Below are positions 24,864 to 34,112 of a DNA stretch of 64,000 nucleotides, piece by piece. Made by a program: the position numbers and the translations under genes. The stretch spans positions 83,203 to 147,202 of the forward strand of contig JAKSOD010000002.1 of NCBI GenBank assembly GCA_024405755.1, given 5' to 3'. The notes beneath the pieces were generated by a model. The model saw only the letters and a list, made by a program, of their open reading frames with translations, was not told where the DNA came from and searched no databases. The first letter of the stretch is position 1, and every line of letters begins with the position of its first letter. This stretch comes from Clostridia bacterium (lineage in GTDB: Bacteria > Bacillota > Clostridia > Oscillospirales > CAG-272).

Positions 24864-27257
24864 ATGCCAAAATACATAGAAAAAGCCGAGCGGATCCTTC
24901 TGCCCGTCATTCCCCTCCGCGGTATCGTCGCCTTTCCATCGATCCCGCTTGAAGTTGAAAATCCCGATTCATCCGCCGTCCTCGCGGCAAACGCCGCCGA
25001 AGAATACGACGGTCTTGCACTTGCAGTTGCCGTAAAGCCGGATTCCGACAGCGAAGTAAACAACGAAACCGAACCCAAGGATCTTTTCGCCGTGGGAACC
25101 GTGGTCAGAGTTCACCTTCAACGCGGAGAAGAAGGCAAACGAACGATCTCCTGCGAATGTCTGTGCCGCGCTTCAGTCAATGAATATTATCTCAACGACG
25201 GTCTGATCACCGCCGCCGGAGTCAGAAAAGAAGTCAGCGTGGCAGAGGGCGACCTGAAAGGTGAGGCATACTGTGAAGAAATGCGAAAAGCCTTCAAACG
25301 CCTCTGTGCTTACTTCCCCAATCCTCCTGCATCCATTGAGATCGCCGTGCGGCGTCTGCGCACACCCGAACTGCTCGCGGATCTTATCGCCGCCTCCGTA
25401 CTCGGCCGTTTTCCCGACAAGCAGGAGATACTTGAAGAATTTGATCCTTATAAAAGATGTGAGCGTCTGCTCATTCTCATAGACGAGGAGTGTCATCTTC
25501 TTGACGTGGAACGCGATATTCACGGAAAAACTCAGGGACGTATCGCACACGCTCAAAGGGAATACTATCTCAGGGAACAGATGAAAGTAATCGAGGAAGA
25601 ACTCGGCGAGGATCAGGATCCCGACGACTGCACTTTCAAAATCCTCGGTGCACATCTGCCGGAGGAAGTCAGGGAAAAACTCCTTAAAGAAAACGAACGC
25701 CTCTCAAAAACGCCGTACGGATCCGCCGAGGCGACCGTACTGCGCAACTATATAGATGTGGCTCTCGATATTCCGTGGACTGCACACACCAAGGACAGAC
25801 TCAATGTCGCCGCAGCCAAAAAGATCCTCGACGCGGATCATGACGGTCTAACAAAAGTAAAAGAACGTATTCTTGAGTTCCTCGCCGTAAAGCAGCTCAA
25901 TCCCGAACTGCGGAATCAGATCATCTGTCTTGTAGGACCTCCCGGAACCGGAAAAACCTCAATCGCCGCCTCCGTCGCACACGCCATGAACCGCAGATAT
26001 GTACGAGTATCTCTCGGCGGTGTTCATGATGAAGCAGACATTCGCGGTCACCGAAAGACCTACGTTGCCTCCATGCCCGGACGCATCATAAGTGCCTTGA
26101 CCCAGGCGAAAGTAAACAATCCTCTGATCCTTCTCGATGAGATCGACAAGGTATCTTCCGATTCCCGCGGAGATCCCTCATCCGCGCTTCTTGAAGTGCT
26201 TGACCCCGAGCAGAACAAGAGTTTCCGCGATCATTTCGTGGAAATTCCGTTCGATCTCTCCGACTGCCTTTTCATTACCACAGCAAATACTCTCGACACC
26301 ATTCCGCGTCCCCTTATCGACCGTATGGAAGTAATCGAGCTTCCCGGATATACCCGCCGGGAAAAACTGTCGATAGCAAAAAATCACCTTCTGCCGAAGC
26401 AGCTCCGCCGCCACGGTATGAATAAGCGTATGCTGAAACTCACCGACGAGGCTGTATATGAGATCATTGACTGCTACACCCGCGAAGCAGGCGTACGCAA
26501 TCTTGAACGCACCGTTGCGGAACTTTGCCGCAAAACCGCAAAAAAGATCGTCGAAAGCAGCGGAGAGATCAAGCGCATCACCGTTGACAAAGATGATGTG
26601 AAGACATATCTCGGCGCAAGAAAACTGCTTCCCATCTCCGTGTCAGACGAGGATCTCGTCGGAGTTGTGAACGGTCTTGCCTATACAGAAGCGGGCGGAG
26701 ACTTGCTGAAAATCGAAGCTGCCGTTATGGAAGGTACTGGGAAACTCGAACTTACGGGATCTCTCGGCGACGTTATGAAGGAGTCCGCACGTGCGGCTCT
26801 GACATATGTCCGTTCGGTCGCGTCTGAATACGGCATTCCCTCTGATTTCTACAAAAACCGCGATATACATATTCACGTTCCCGAAGGTGCAGTCCCGAAA
26901 GACGGTCCCTCCGCCGGAGTGACTATGACCACGGCACTTATCAGCGCGCTGTCGGGAATTCCCGCAGCACACGACGTGGCAATGACGGGAGAGGTCACTC
27001 TGACCGGACGTGTACTTGCTATCGGAGGTCTGCGGGAAAAAACAATGGCAGCCTACGCCGCCGGAGTAAAGACCGTGCTTATCCCCGAAGAAAATGTGCC
27101 CGACCTTGAAGAGATAGACTCCGAAGTACGGCAGAATATTCGTTTCATCCCTTGCCGCCATGTGCGTGAAGTGCTGAAAAATGCCCTTGTCACCACAGAC
27201 GCTGTGAAAAGCACCGGTACTCCCGCAGGCTCAACCGTACTCAAGGAACAGAACTGA
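24864..27257 (+). CDS. lon: ATP-dependent Lon protease
   Basis: 797 aa with an N-terminal LON substrate domain (LPVIPLRGIVAFP), Walker A GPPGTGKTS, Walker B LILLDEIDK and catalytic serine context KDGPSAGVTM. Confidence 0.97.
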   Translation: MPKYIEKAERILLPVIPLRGIVAFPSIPLEVENPDSSAVLAANAAEEYDGLALAVAVKPDSDSEVNNETEPKDLFAVGTVVRVHLQRGEEGKRTISCECLCRASVNEYYLNDGLITAAGVRKEVSVAEGDLKGEAYCEEMRKAFKRLCAYFPNPPASIEIAVRRLRTPELLADLIAASVLGRFPDKQEILEEFDPYKRCERLLILIDEECHLLDVERDIHGKTQGRIAHAQREYYLREQMKVIEEELGEDQDPDDCTFKILGAHLPEEVREKLLKENERLSKTPYGSAEATVLRNYIDVALDIPWTAHTKDRLNVAAAKKILDADHDGLTKVKERILEFLAVKQLNPELRNQIICLVGPPGTGKTSIAASVAHAMNRRYVRVSLGGVHDEADIRGHRKTYVASMPGRIISALTQAKVNNPLILLDEIDKVSSDSRGDPSSALLEVLDPEQNKSFRDHFVEIPFDLSDCLFITTANTLDTIPRPLIDRMEVIELPGYTRREKLSIAKNHLLPKQLRRHGMNKRMLKLTDEAVYEIIDCYTREAGVRNLERTVAELCRKTAKKIVESSGEIKRITVDKDDVKTYLGARKLLPISVSDEDLVGVVNGLAYTEAGGDLLKIEAAVMEGTGKLELTGSLGDVMKESARAALTYVRSVASEYGIPSDFYKNRDIHIHVPEGAVPKDGPSAGVTMTTALISALSGIPAAHDVAMTGEVTLTGRVLAIGGLREKTMAAYAAGVKTVLIPEENVPDLEEIDSEVRQNIRFIPCRHVREVLKNALVTTDAVKSTGTPAGSTVLKEQN

Positions 27258-27302
27258 AAAAGACTGCGCTTTCGCGCCGCTCGATCAATAAGAGGTAACA
27301 AA

Positions 27303-27920
27303 ATGGCGTTCAATCCGTCGAATTCAAAACTATATATTTCCGCGGGGCGGGTGGATCAGTTTCCATCGAAAGTTCTGCCGCAGATCGTCTTCTCCGGCAG
27401 ATCGAATGTCGGGAAAAGTTCACTGATCAACACTATGCTTGGGCGCAAAAGCCTTGCAAGAGTCAGTTCATCCCCCGGAAAGACCATAACCGTCAATTTT
27501 TACGATATCGACTCAAAGATTATGCTCGTTGACCTTCCCGGATACGGATTTGCACGCCGTCCCGCCGCAGACAAGGCGAGGTGGTCGGAACTGACGGAGG
27601 GATTCTTTACCAAAAATCCGAATATTGATCTTTTGCGGCTTGCTGTTCAGCTGGTGGACCTTGAAGTCGGTCCCACAGCTGACGACCTTATGATGATAAA
27701 TTATCTGTGTGACTCGGGAATTCCCTTTGTCATTGTGGCGTCAAAGGCTGATAAACCAAACAAAACAAACCGTGCTGCCGCACTTGAAAAGCTTGCCGTC
27801 CACAAAGACATTCCGCACGGCACTACGGTCATACCGTTTTCCTCAAAAACTGGAGAAGGCAAGGATATTCTTTGGAAAGTCTTCCTTGATGCCGCTCTTT
27901 CGCCTGAAAAATCAAACTGA
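27303..27920 (+). CDS. engB: ribosome biogenesis GTP-binding protein YsxC/EngB
   Basis: 205 aa with G1 GRSNVGKSSLIN, G3 DLPGYG and G4 ASKADK. Located downstream of lon, as in Bacillus. Confidence 0.94.
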   Translation: MAFNPSNSKLYISAGRVDQFPSKVLPQIVFSGRSNVGKSSLINTMLGRKSLARVSSSPGKTITVNFYDIDSKIMLVDLPGYGFARRPAADKARWSELTEGFFTKNPNIDLLRLAVQLVDLEVGPTADDLMMINYLCDSGIPFVIVASKADKPNKTNRAAALEKLAVHKDIPHGTTVIPFSSKTGEGKDILWKVFLDAALSPEKSN

Positions 27921-27975
27921 TATCACCACTGAAAAAAATGCTGAGATCACACCCGCAAAACAGAAAGGAATCCGA

Positions 27976-28674
27976 ATGTTCAGATACTTAATAACATCAA
28001 ACGGAGACTGGCGTACGTACATTCTCTCAATGCTTCTGACTCTGCCTGTCATTCTTCTCTCCCTTACCATACACGAATGTGCCCACGGTATCGTCGCCGA
28101 CAAACTAGGTGATCACACGGCAAAGAATCTCGGCAGGATTACGCTTGACCCGAGAAAGCATCTTGATCCCATAGGCTTTATCTGTATGCTTCTTTTCGGC
28201 TTCGGATGGGCAAATCCGGTACCGATCAACACCCGCTACTTCAAAAAGCCGAAACGCGATATGGCACTCTCTGCCATTGCAGGACCCATAGCCAATATTC
28301 TTCTCGGTTTTGTATTTGCCATTCTGTATGAAACGGAATATGCCATAGTAAAAAACATCACCTTTACGTCAGCCGGAACCGGATTTTATTTTCTCACGAT
28401 TCTTTCTGATTTTCTGTTTGTTGCCGCTCGCCTTAATGTGTATCTCGCCATATTCAATATGCTGCCGATACCTCCGTTTGACGGTTCCAGATTCTTCTAT
28501 ATATTCCTGCCCACAAAGTGGTATTTCAAGGTAATGCAGTACGAGCGGTATATTATGCTTGCCATACTTGTCCTGCTCTGGTTCGGACTTCTGACGGGAC
28601 CTCTTTCCGTTATATCAAATCTGATCCTCGGCGGTATGTTCCGTCTGCTTGAACTTCTTCCCTTCTTCGGTTGA
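27976..28674 (+). CDS. site-2 protease family (peptidase M50) membrane metalloprotease
   Basis: HExxH (HECAHG) inside a TM helix plus the second motif FNMLPIPPFDGSRF, with multiple TM segments. Start moved to ATG 27976 (RBS AAAGGAA) because ORF-track start 27709 lies inside engB. Confidence 0.88.
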   Translation: MFRYLITSNGDWRTYILSMLLTLPVILLSLTIHECAHGIVADKLGDHTAKNLGRITLDPRKHLDPIGFICMLLFGFGWANPVPINTRYFKKPKRDMALSAIAGPIANILLGFVFAILYETEYAIVKNITFTSAGTGFYFLTILSDFLFVAARLNVYLAIFNMLPIPPFDGSRFFYIFLPTKWYFKVMQYERYIMLAILVLLWFGLLTGPLSVISNLILGGMFRLLELLPFFG

Positions 28675-28688
28675 TACGGAGGCAAAAA

Positions 28689-29483
28689 GTGAGCGAAGAA
28701 ATCATCACATATAAACTTGAAAAATTCGAGGGACCTCTTGATCTGCTTCTGAATCTTATTCACAAGAACAAAGTACAGATCGAAGATATCCCGATCTCCT
28801 TGATCTGTGATCAGTACGTTGAGTATATCGGTCAGGCGGAAAAACTCAATATGGATCTCGCCGTTGAGTTTCTGAATATGGCAGCGGAACTTATGCTCAT
28901 CAAAAGCAAAATGCTCCTGCCGCGCGCCGAAGACGAAGATGAGGAAGATCCGCGGGCAAAACTCGCAGAGGCTATCGCCCGCCTTGCGGCGGCAAAGAAA
29001 GCCGCCGTCGAGCTCGGGAAAAGATACTCTCAATTCTGTGGAAGAATGGAAAAGGAAACAGACGAAATTTCGCCGGACAAAACTTACGTTGCCGATTCCG
29101 ATCCCGAAAAACTTTACACAGCAATGCGCCGTATGATCTCCGAAGCGCGTAACGTGGAAAATATTGCAGCAAATATTGTGCGTCCTCTCGTCACCCGTCC
29201 CATTGTTCCGGTGCAGCTCAAGATACTCGGAATAATGAAACATTTTGAGAAAGATGATGCCTGCCCCACTCTCGGAGAACTAATCGAAGATGCTGAATCG
29301 CGTCCCGATCTTATTGCGATCTTTATCGGTGTTCTTGAACTCATTCGTATGCACAGAGTCCTGCTCGTCGAAAATGCAGACGAATTCGGTGACCTGCGCG
29401 GACTTGAAAGCCGCTTTGTGTCGAATCCCGATTATCACGGTAACTTTGCCCTTGATCTTGAATCCGCAGGTTATGACAACTGA
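28689..29483 (+). CDS. scpA: segregation and condensation protein A (kleisin)
   Basis: KLEKFEGPLDLLLNLIHKNKVQIEDIPI is the ScpA signature. Start set at GTG 28689, 6 nt after GGAGG. The ORF-track TTG at 28671 is less likely. Confidence 0.93.
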   Translation: MSEEIITYKLEKFEGPLDLLLNLIHKNKVQIEDIPISLICDQYVEYIGQAEKLNMDLAVEFLNMAAELMLIKSKMLLPRAEDEDEEDPRAKLAEAIARLAAAKKAAVELGKRYSQFCGRMEKETDEISPDKTYVADSDPEKLYTAMRRMISEARNVENIAANIVRPLVTRPIVPVQLKILGIMKHFEKDDACPTLGELIEDAESRPDLIAIFIGVLELIRMHRVLLVENADEFGDLRGLESRFVSNPDYHGNFALDLESAGYDN

Positions 29484-29519
29484 TGCACTCCAAATATTAA
29501 TAATAAGGAATAAATCACT

Positions 29520-30230
29520 ATGGATCAGGTTGAAAGACTGACTGAAATCAAAAAACTCGAAGGTGCCCTTGAAGCGATTCTTTTTGCCGCGGGACACCCC
29601 GTAACATATGAAAAAATCGCGGAAGCACTGTCACTGACACCGCGTGATGTCCGCAGGATGGCGGAGCATCTCGCCGAAAATTACAACTCAGACGAAACGG
29701 GCGGAATAATGATGCTTCTCTTTCCCGACACATGCCAGCTCTGCACACGTGAGGACTATCTGCCCTATGTACGCGAAGCACTCGGAATCCGCCGCGGAGG
29801 TAATCTTTCCGCGTCATCTCTTGAAGTCCTTGCAATCGTGGCTTATAATCAGCCCGTAACACGGACATTTATCGACACAGTCCGCGGAGTTGATTCCGCA
29901 TATGCCGTAGGCTCACTTATCGACAAGGAACTCATTGCCGCCTGCGGCAGACTTGATGCCCCCGGAAGACCTATGCTTTACGGCACGACCGACAAATTCC
30001 TCCGTGTTTTCGGATTGAACGACCTCTCCGAACTTCCCGAGGCAGATTCCGTTCTTGCCGCCGTCGATTCACTGTCACAAAGCGACAGTGAAGAATCAGA
30101 GAATACAGACGAAAACCTCATTGAAGATGAAAGTGAAAAAGAAAATGAACTTCCGGATGAGGAAGTATCCGAGGAAATCCCTGACGATACTTTTGCTGAC
30201 TCCGCAGACAATGTGACCGACGGTGAATAA
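29520..30230 (+). CDS. scpB: segregation and condensation protein B
   Basis: LEAILFAAGHPVTYEKIAE and LEVLAIVAYNQPVTR are ScpB winged-helix motifs, followed by an acidic C-terminal tail. Confidence 0.93.
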   Translation: MDQVERLTEIKKLEGALEAILFAAGHPVTYEKIAEALSLTPRDVRRMAEHLAENYNSDETGGIMMLLFPDTCQLCTREDYLPYVREALGIRRGGNLSASSLEVLAIVAYNQPVTRTFIDTVRGVDSAYAVGSLIDKELIAACGRLDAPGRPMLYGTTDKFLRVFGLNDLSELPEADSVLAAVDSLSQSDSEESENTDENLIEDESEKENELPDEEVSEEIPDDTFADSADNVTDGE

Positions 30231-30386
30231 TTCCGTTCGGAATTGAACAAAAGTAATAGGTAAAGATTCTTCACATAAGCGTCACGCACCATTCTGTCGG
30301 TGCAATGACGCAAGACAGAAAGGGGATGAGCCGAAACGATCGCGTTATACATTATACTCGGCATTTTTCTGCTCATCTTCGGACTT

Positions 30387-31028
30387 ATGATGATCCGCGC
30401 CGAAGTCGTCATAAGTTATGCCGATGAAGTCGGTATCACGGTCCGCATTCTCGGTATTCCCATCAGACTGATGCCGAAAAAAGAGAAAAAGATCCGTCTG
30501 CGTGATTATTCGGTAAAAAGACGGGCGAAATACGAGAAAAAGCAGCGTCTTGCCGCCGAAAAAAAAGCACAAAAAAAATCCGAAAAGAAAAAACGCAAAG
30601 AAGAACAGAAGGCAAAAAAGAAAGCCGACGAGGAAGAGGCACGCAAAGCCGGTAAAAAGATCAGAAAACGTACGGTGGGAGAGAACGTCTCAATGATTAC
30701 CGACCTTGTGAAAACTGCGGTCGGACGTTTCGGTAAGCATCTGCGGATAAGGGTAGCTCGTCTTCACCTGTCCGTCGGAACTGACGATGCCGCAAAAACG
30801 GCGATCCTCTACGGGATCCTCTCTCAGGCCGTCTGTTACCTTGCCGCTCTGCTTGACTCCACATCCACTCTCCGTTATCCCGCAAAGGCTGATGTGGATA
30901 TTCATGCCGACTATCTTTCCGAAAAAATAACCTGCGACATTGAGATCGGTTTCTCGCTGAAAGTCTGGCAGGTATTCGATACGGCGTTCCGTTCCGGATT
31001 CACGCTCGTACGTCACTTGAAAAAATGA
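30387..31028 (+). CDS. DUF2953-family sporulation-associated protein (YtfI-like); N-terminus uncertain
   Basis: IRAEVVISYADEVGITVRILGIPIRLMPKKEKK plus a Lys-rich linker and its position directly upstream of ytfJ fit DUF2953. The in-frame region upstream of the first ATG encodes the expected TM helix but has no ATG/GTG/TTG (see findings). Confidence 0.7.
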   Translation: MMIRAEVVISYADEVGITVRILGIPIRLMPKKEKKIRLRDYSVKRRAKYEKKQRLAAEKKAQKKSEKKKRKEEQKAKKKADEEEARKAGKKIRKRTVGENVSMITDLVKTAVGRFGKHLRIRVARLHLSVGTDDAAKTAILYGILSQAVCYLAALLDSTSTLRYPAKADVDIHADYLSEKITCDIEIGFSLKVWQVFDTAFRSGFTLVRHLKK

Positions 31029-31063
31029 AAAATATTTGATAACATATATGAAAGGGTAAAAAA

Positions 31064-31501
31064 ATGGCAAATTCCGAAAACAAACTTCAGGACATCATTA
31101 AGGAATCCCTTGAAAACATCCGCACCATGGTCGACGCCAATACCGTTATCGGCAATCCCATTTCCACTCCGCAGGGAGTGACTATCATCCCGATTTCCAA
31201 AATATCAATGGGATTCGCCTCCGGAGGAGTTGATTTCACCGGAAAAAACGACGAAGCAGTACGCGCTCGCCTGCAAAACTTCGGCGGAGGCGGAGGAACG
31301 GGACTTTCTATCGCTCCTCAGGGATTTCTCGTTATAGGTGCCGACGGTAAAGTAGATCTTATCAATGTCGGCGTTGAACAGAAAAACGGTCCCGTCGAAC
31401 AAGTTGCCGACGTGATCGAACGCTCACCTGACATTATAGCCAAAGTTAAGGCACTTTTTGCCAAGGATAAACCCGCCGAAGACAAAGCGGACGAGAAATA
31501 A
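31064..31501 (+). CDS. ytfJ: sporulation protein YtfJ (GerW family)
   Basis: 145 aa. MVDANTVIGNPISTPQGVTIIPISKISMGFASGGVDF is the GerW/YtfJ signature. Confidence 0.92.
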   Translation: MANSENKLQDIIKESLENIRTMVDANTVIGNPISTPQGVTIIPISKISMGFASGGVDFTGKNDEAVRARLQNFGGGGGTGLSIAPQGFLVIGADGKVDLINVGVEQKNGPVEQVADVIERSPDIIAKVKALFAKDKPAEDKADEK

Positions 31502-31611
31502 TTAAGCTCTTATATACAGCCCGTACAGCTTGCCCGCATAAAAGTACTCCGTCGGAAATATAATTTTCTTGACCGGATATTCCGGAAGAACTGTATTTCC
31601 GAGGTGTTGAT

Positions 31612-32826
31612 ATGACAGTACTGAAACGGCTGACCGCCGCACTTTTGTCCTTGTGTCTTCTGATCGTTTTCAATGTTTCCGCCGCCGAAGGAGGCGGGGG
31701 GACCTTGAGTGCCGGAGTCACGTCTTCCGATGATTTTACCGCCGCAGAAACCTCGGTTTCAGCAGCAGGTCTTTCGATCTCCACTTCGGCACGCTCGGCG
31801 ATTCTCATTGATGCCACAGGCGGAAAACGGCGGGAACTCTGGTCGCAGAACGCCGACGAACGTCTCGGAATGGCAAGTACAACAAAAATCATGACTGCCC
31901 TCGTCGCGATAGAGTCAATGCCGCTGTCAACGGAAATAAAAATTCCCGATGCCGCCGTCGGAGTGGAAGGATCATCGGTTTATCTCTCTGCGGGAGAGAC
32001 TCTGACGCTTGAAGAACTGCTGATGTGCGTTCTTCTCGAATCTGCCAATGATGCCGCAACTGCTGTTGCCATAACCGTCGGTGGATCTGTTGAAAAATTT
32101 GCGGAAAAGATGAACTGCAAAGCCGACGAACTCGGACTTAAAGACACACATTTTACAAATCCGCACGGACTCGACGACGACGCTCACTATACCACGGTAA
32201 GAGATCTTGCCGCAATTGCCGCGTCAGCACTTGACAACGATATTTTCCGTTCGATAGTTTCGACATACCGTGCCACCGTTCCGTCATCCGACGGAGTCCG
32301 GCTGCTTATAAATCACAATCGACTGCTGCGTTCGTATGAAGGCTGTATCGGTGTCAAAACCGGATTTACCAAATCAAGCGGAAGATGCCTTGTTTCCGCA
32401 GCGGAACGCGATGGTGTAAGACTTGTTGCCGTGACACTCAACGACGGTGCTGATTGGGTGGATCATACAGCTATGCTTGACGCCGGTTTTGCAGCATACT
32501 GTTCTGTGGAACTGAGCCGTGACGGGGATTTTGCCCTCGGGAATAACACACATCTTCCGTATCTCGAAGTTGTCGGAGGTGAGCAGAGCACCGTGGAATG
32601 CCGTATTGCGGATAACGTATCGGCAGTACTCCCACGCTCTCACGGAACCGTTACCTGTCGGATAGAAATGACCCGGTCACGACCTGCACCAATTTTCCGC
32701 GGTGATCAGATCGGGCGCGTTATCTGGTACTGTGACGGAGAAGTCATTGGTGAATCCGCTGTTGTAACTTCATATTGCGCGGCAAAAACACCGGAAAAGA
32801 ACTTCTGGCAGAAACTGTTCGGATAA
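31612..32826 (+). CDS. D-alanyl-D-alanine carboxypeptidase (serine-type, PBP5/DacB-like)
   Basis: Signal peptide, then SxxK (MASTTKIM), SxN (LESANDAA) and KTG (GVKTGFT) motifs, with a C-terminal PBP5-C-like domain. Confidence 0.92.
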   Translation: MTVLKRLTAALLSLCLLIVFNVSAAEGGGGTLSAGVTSSDDFTAAETSVSAAGLSISTSARSAILIDATGGKRRELWSQNADERLGMASTTKIMTALVAIESMPLSTEIKIPDAAVGVEGSSVYLSAGETLTLEELLMCVLLESANDAATAVAITVGGSVEKFAEKMNCKADELGLKDTHFTNPHGLDDDAHYTTVRDLAAIAASALDNDIFRSIVSTYRATVPSSDGVRLLINHNRLLRSYEGCIGVKTGFTKSSGRCLVSAAERDGVRLVAVTLNDGADWVDHTAMLDAGFAAYCSVELSRDGDFALGNNTHLPYLEVVGGEQSTVECRIADNVSAVLPRSHGTVTCRIEMTRSRPAPIFRGDQIGRVIWYCDGEVIGESAVVTSYCAAKTPEKNFWQKLFG

Positions 32827-32878
32827 TAAAGGGGATCTCTGAACCAAAAATCAAATCAGGACATAGGATCAAATAAAT

Positions 32879-33643
32879 ATGGAAAAGATAAGACTTCAAA
32901 AATATTTCACAGACTGCGGAGTCATGTCCCGCCGCGCCGCCGAACGTGAGATCGCAGAAGGACACGTTGCCGTAAATGGCAGAAAAGCCGCGATCGGCGA
33001 CAAGGTAATGCCGGGAGTTGACAAAGTCGCGTGGAACGGCAGAGGGATCGTTTATCACTCAAACGAACGCAAGACCGTCGTTGCCCTGAACAAACCGCGC
33101 GGATATGTCTGTACCGCCAAAGACGAAAAAGGGCGACATCAGGTAACGGAACTCGTTGCCGACGCGGGGATCCGCCTTTATCCAATAGGACGTCTCGATA
33201 TGGCATCCGAGGGACTGCTGCTTCTGACAGACGACGGTGAACTTGCAAATCTTCTGACTCACCCCCGTCACCATGTTCCTAAGGTATACCGGGTAAGTGT
33301 CAGAGGTACTGTTGATGATCGTACACTTGCTCTTCTCCGCTCCGCAATGGTGATCGACGGCACCCCCATACGTCCCGTTACCGTTGAAGTTCTTGAAGTG
33401 AATGACGGCGGTGCGAAACTTGAAATGACACTCTGCGAGGGAAGAAACCGTCAGATACGCAAAATGTGCGAGCAGGCACACCTTGAAGTCTCACGTCTTA
33501 AGCGAATTCGTATCGGGACCGTTTCCGTAAACGGTATCGCTCCGGGAAAATGGCGCGTTCTCCGTGATGACGAAGTTGCATCTTTGAGACGCATGGCAAA
33601 AATGAAAGCTCCCGACTCCGATATAAACGGATATGAAGAATGA
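32879..33643 (+). CDS. rluB: pseudouridine synthase, RluB/RsuA family
   Basis: N-terminal S4 domain (RLQKYFTDCGVMSRRAAEREI), catalytic motif GRLDMASEGLLLLTDDGE, and GRNRQIRKM. Confidence 0.92.
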   Translation: MEKIRLQKYFTDCGVMSRRAAEREIAEGHVAVNGRKAAIGDKVMPGVDKVAWNGRGIVYHSNERKTVVALNKPRGYVCTAKDEKGRHQVTELVADAGIRLYPIGRLDMASEGLLLLTDDGELANLLTHPRHHVPKVYRVSVRGTVDDRTLALLRSAMVIDGTPIRPVTVEVLEVNDGGAKLEMTLCEGRNRQIRKMCEQAHLEVSRLKRIRIGTVSVNGIAPGKWRVLRDDEVASLRRMAKMKAPDSDINGYEE

Positions 33644-33678
33644 TATTAAGTAAGGATAAATACAGACACATACAAATA

Positions 33679-33713
33679 AGACCTCCGTTACATACATTAC
33701 GGAGGTCTTTTAT
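33679..33713 (+). terminator. intrinsic terminator after rluB
   Basis: Perfect 10-bp stem agacctccgt / acggaggtct with a 10-nt loop, followed by TTTTAT. The 3' arm carries GGAGG 6 nt before ATG 33712. Confidence 0.7.
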
Positions 33714-34059
33714 GTTTGAAATATTTCCTTCCAACGCTCACGGCAGCGGGGAACAGTCTTTTTCGGCGGTAAAGAACGGTATTCCTATATTAACCTGCCA
33801 TTTTCGTATAAGAGATGATGAAGCAAGAATCATGTCACTTGAACAAGAAGAAAATTATGCGGAATTGTCAACGGAATCCGAAGAAATGATCTCTTTTCTT
33901 ACAGTGAGGGCAGTTCTGTCCTTTATGGAAAACTGCGGTGCTGCATTCTGCTTCTGCCCCGACAGGATCCTGTCTCCGGATCTTGCTGCGAAATGCCGCT
34001 TTTTACCGTACGAAAACGGAGATCTGATTTTTGTCTTTCATAATGAGAGTAAAAAATGA
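33712..34059 (+). CDS. hypothetical protein (115 aa), no recognisable family
   Basis: ORF from ATG 33712 (MFEIFPSNAHGSGEQ...) with GGAGG at a 6-nt spacing. The ORF-track start at 33640 overlaps rluB and the terminator. No motif was recognised. Confidence 0.45.
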   Translation: MFEIFPSNAHGSGEQSFSAVKNGIPILTCHFRIRDDEARIMSLEQEENYAELSTESEEMISFLTVRAVLSFMENCGAAFCFCPDRILSPDLAAKCRFLPYENGDLIFVFHNESKK

Positions 34060-34063
34060 TATA

Positions 34064-34110
34064 AATAAGAGGCGTTTAAAATGTCTTATGACTTTTCACA
34101 GCCTCTTATT
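34064..34110. terminator. possible hairpin between convergent genes (large loop)
   Basis: aataagaggc (34064-34073) / gcctcttatt (34101-34110) form a 10-bp stem with a 27-nt loop, flanked by A/T-rich sequence. Confidence 0.35.
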
Positions 34111-34112
34111 AT

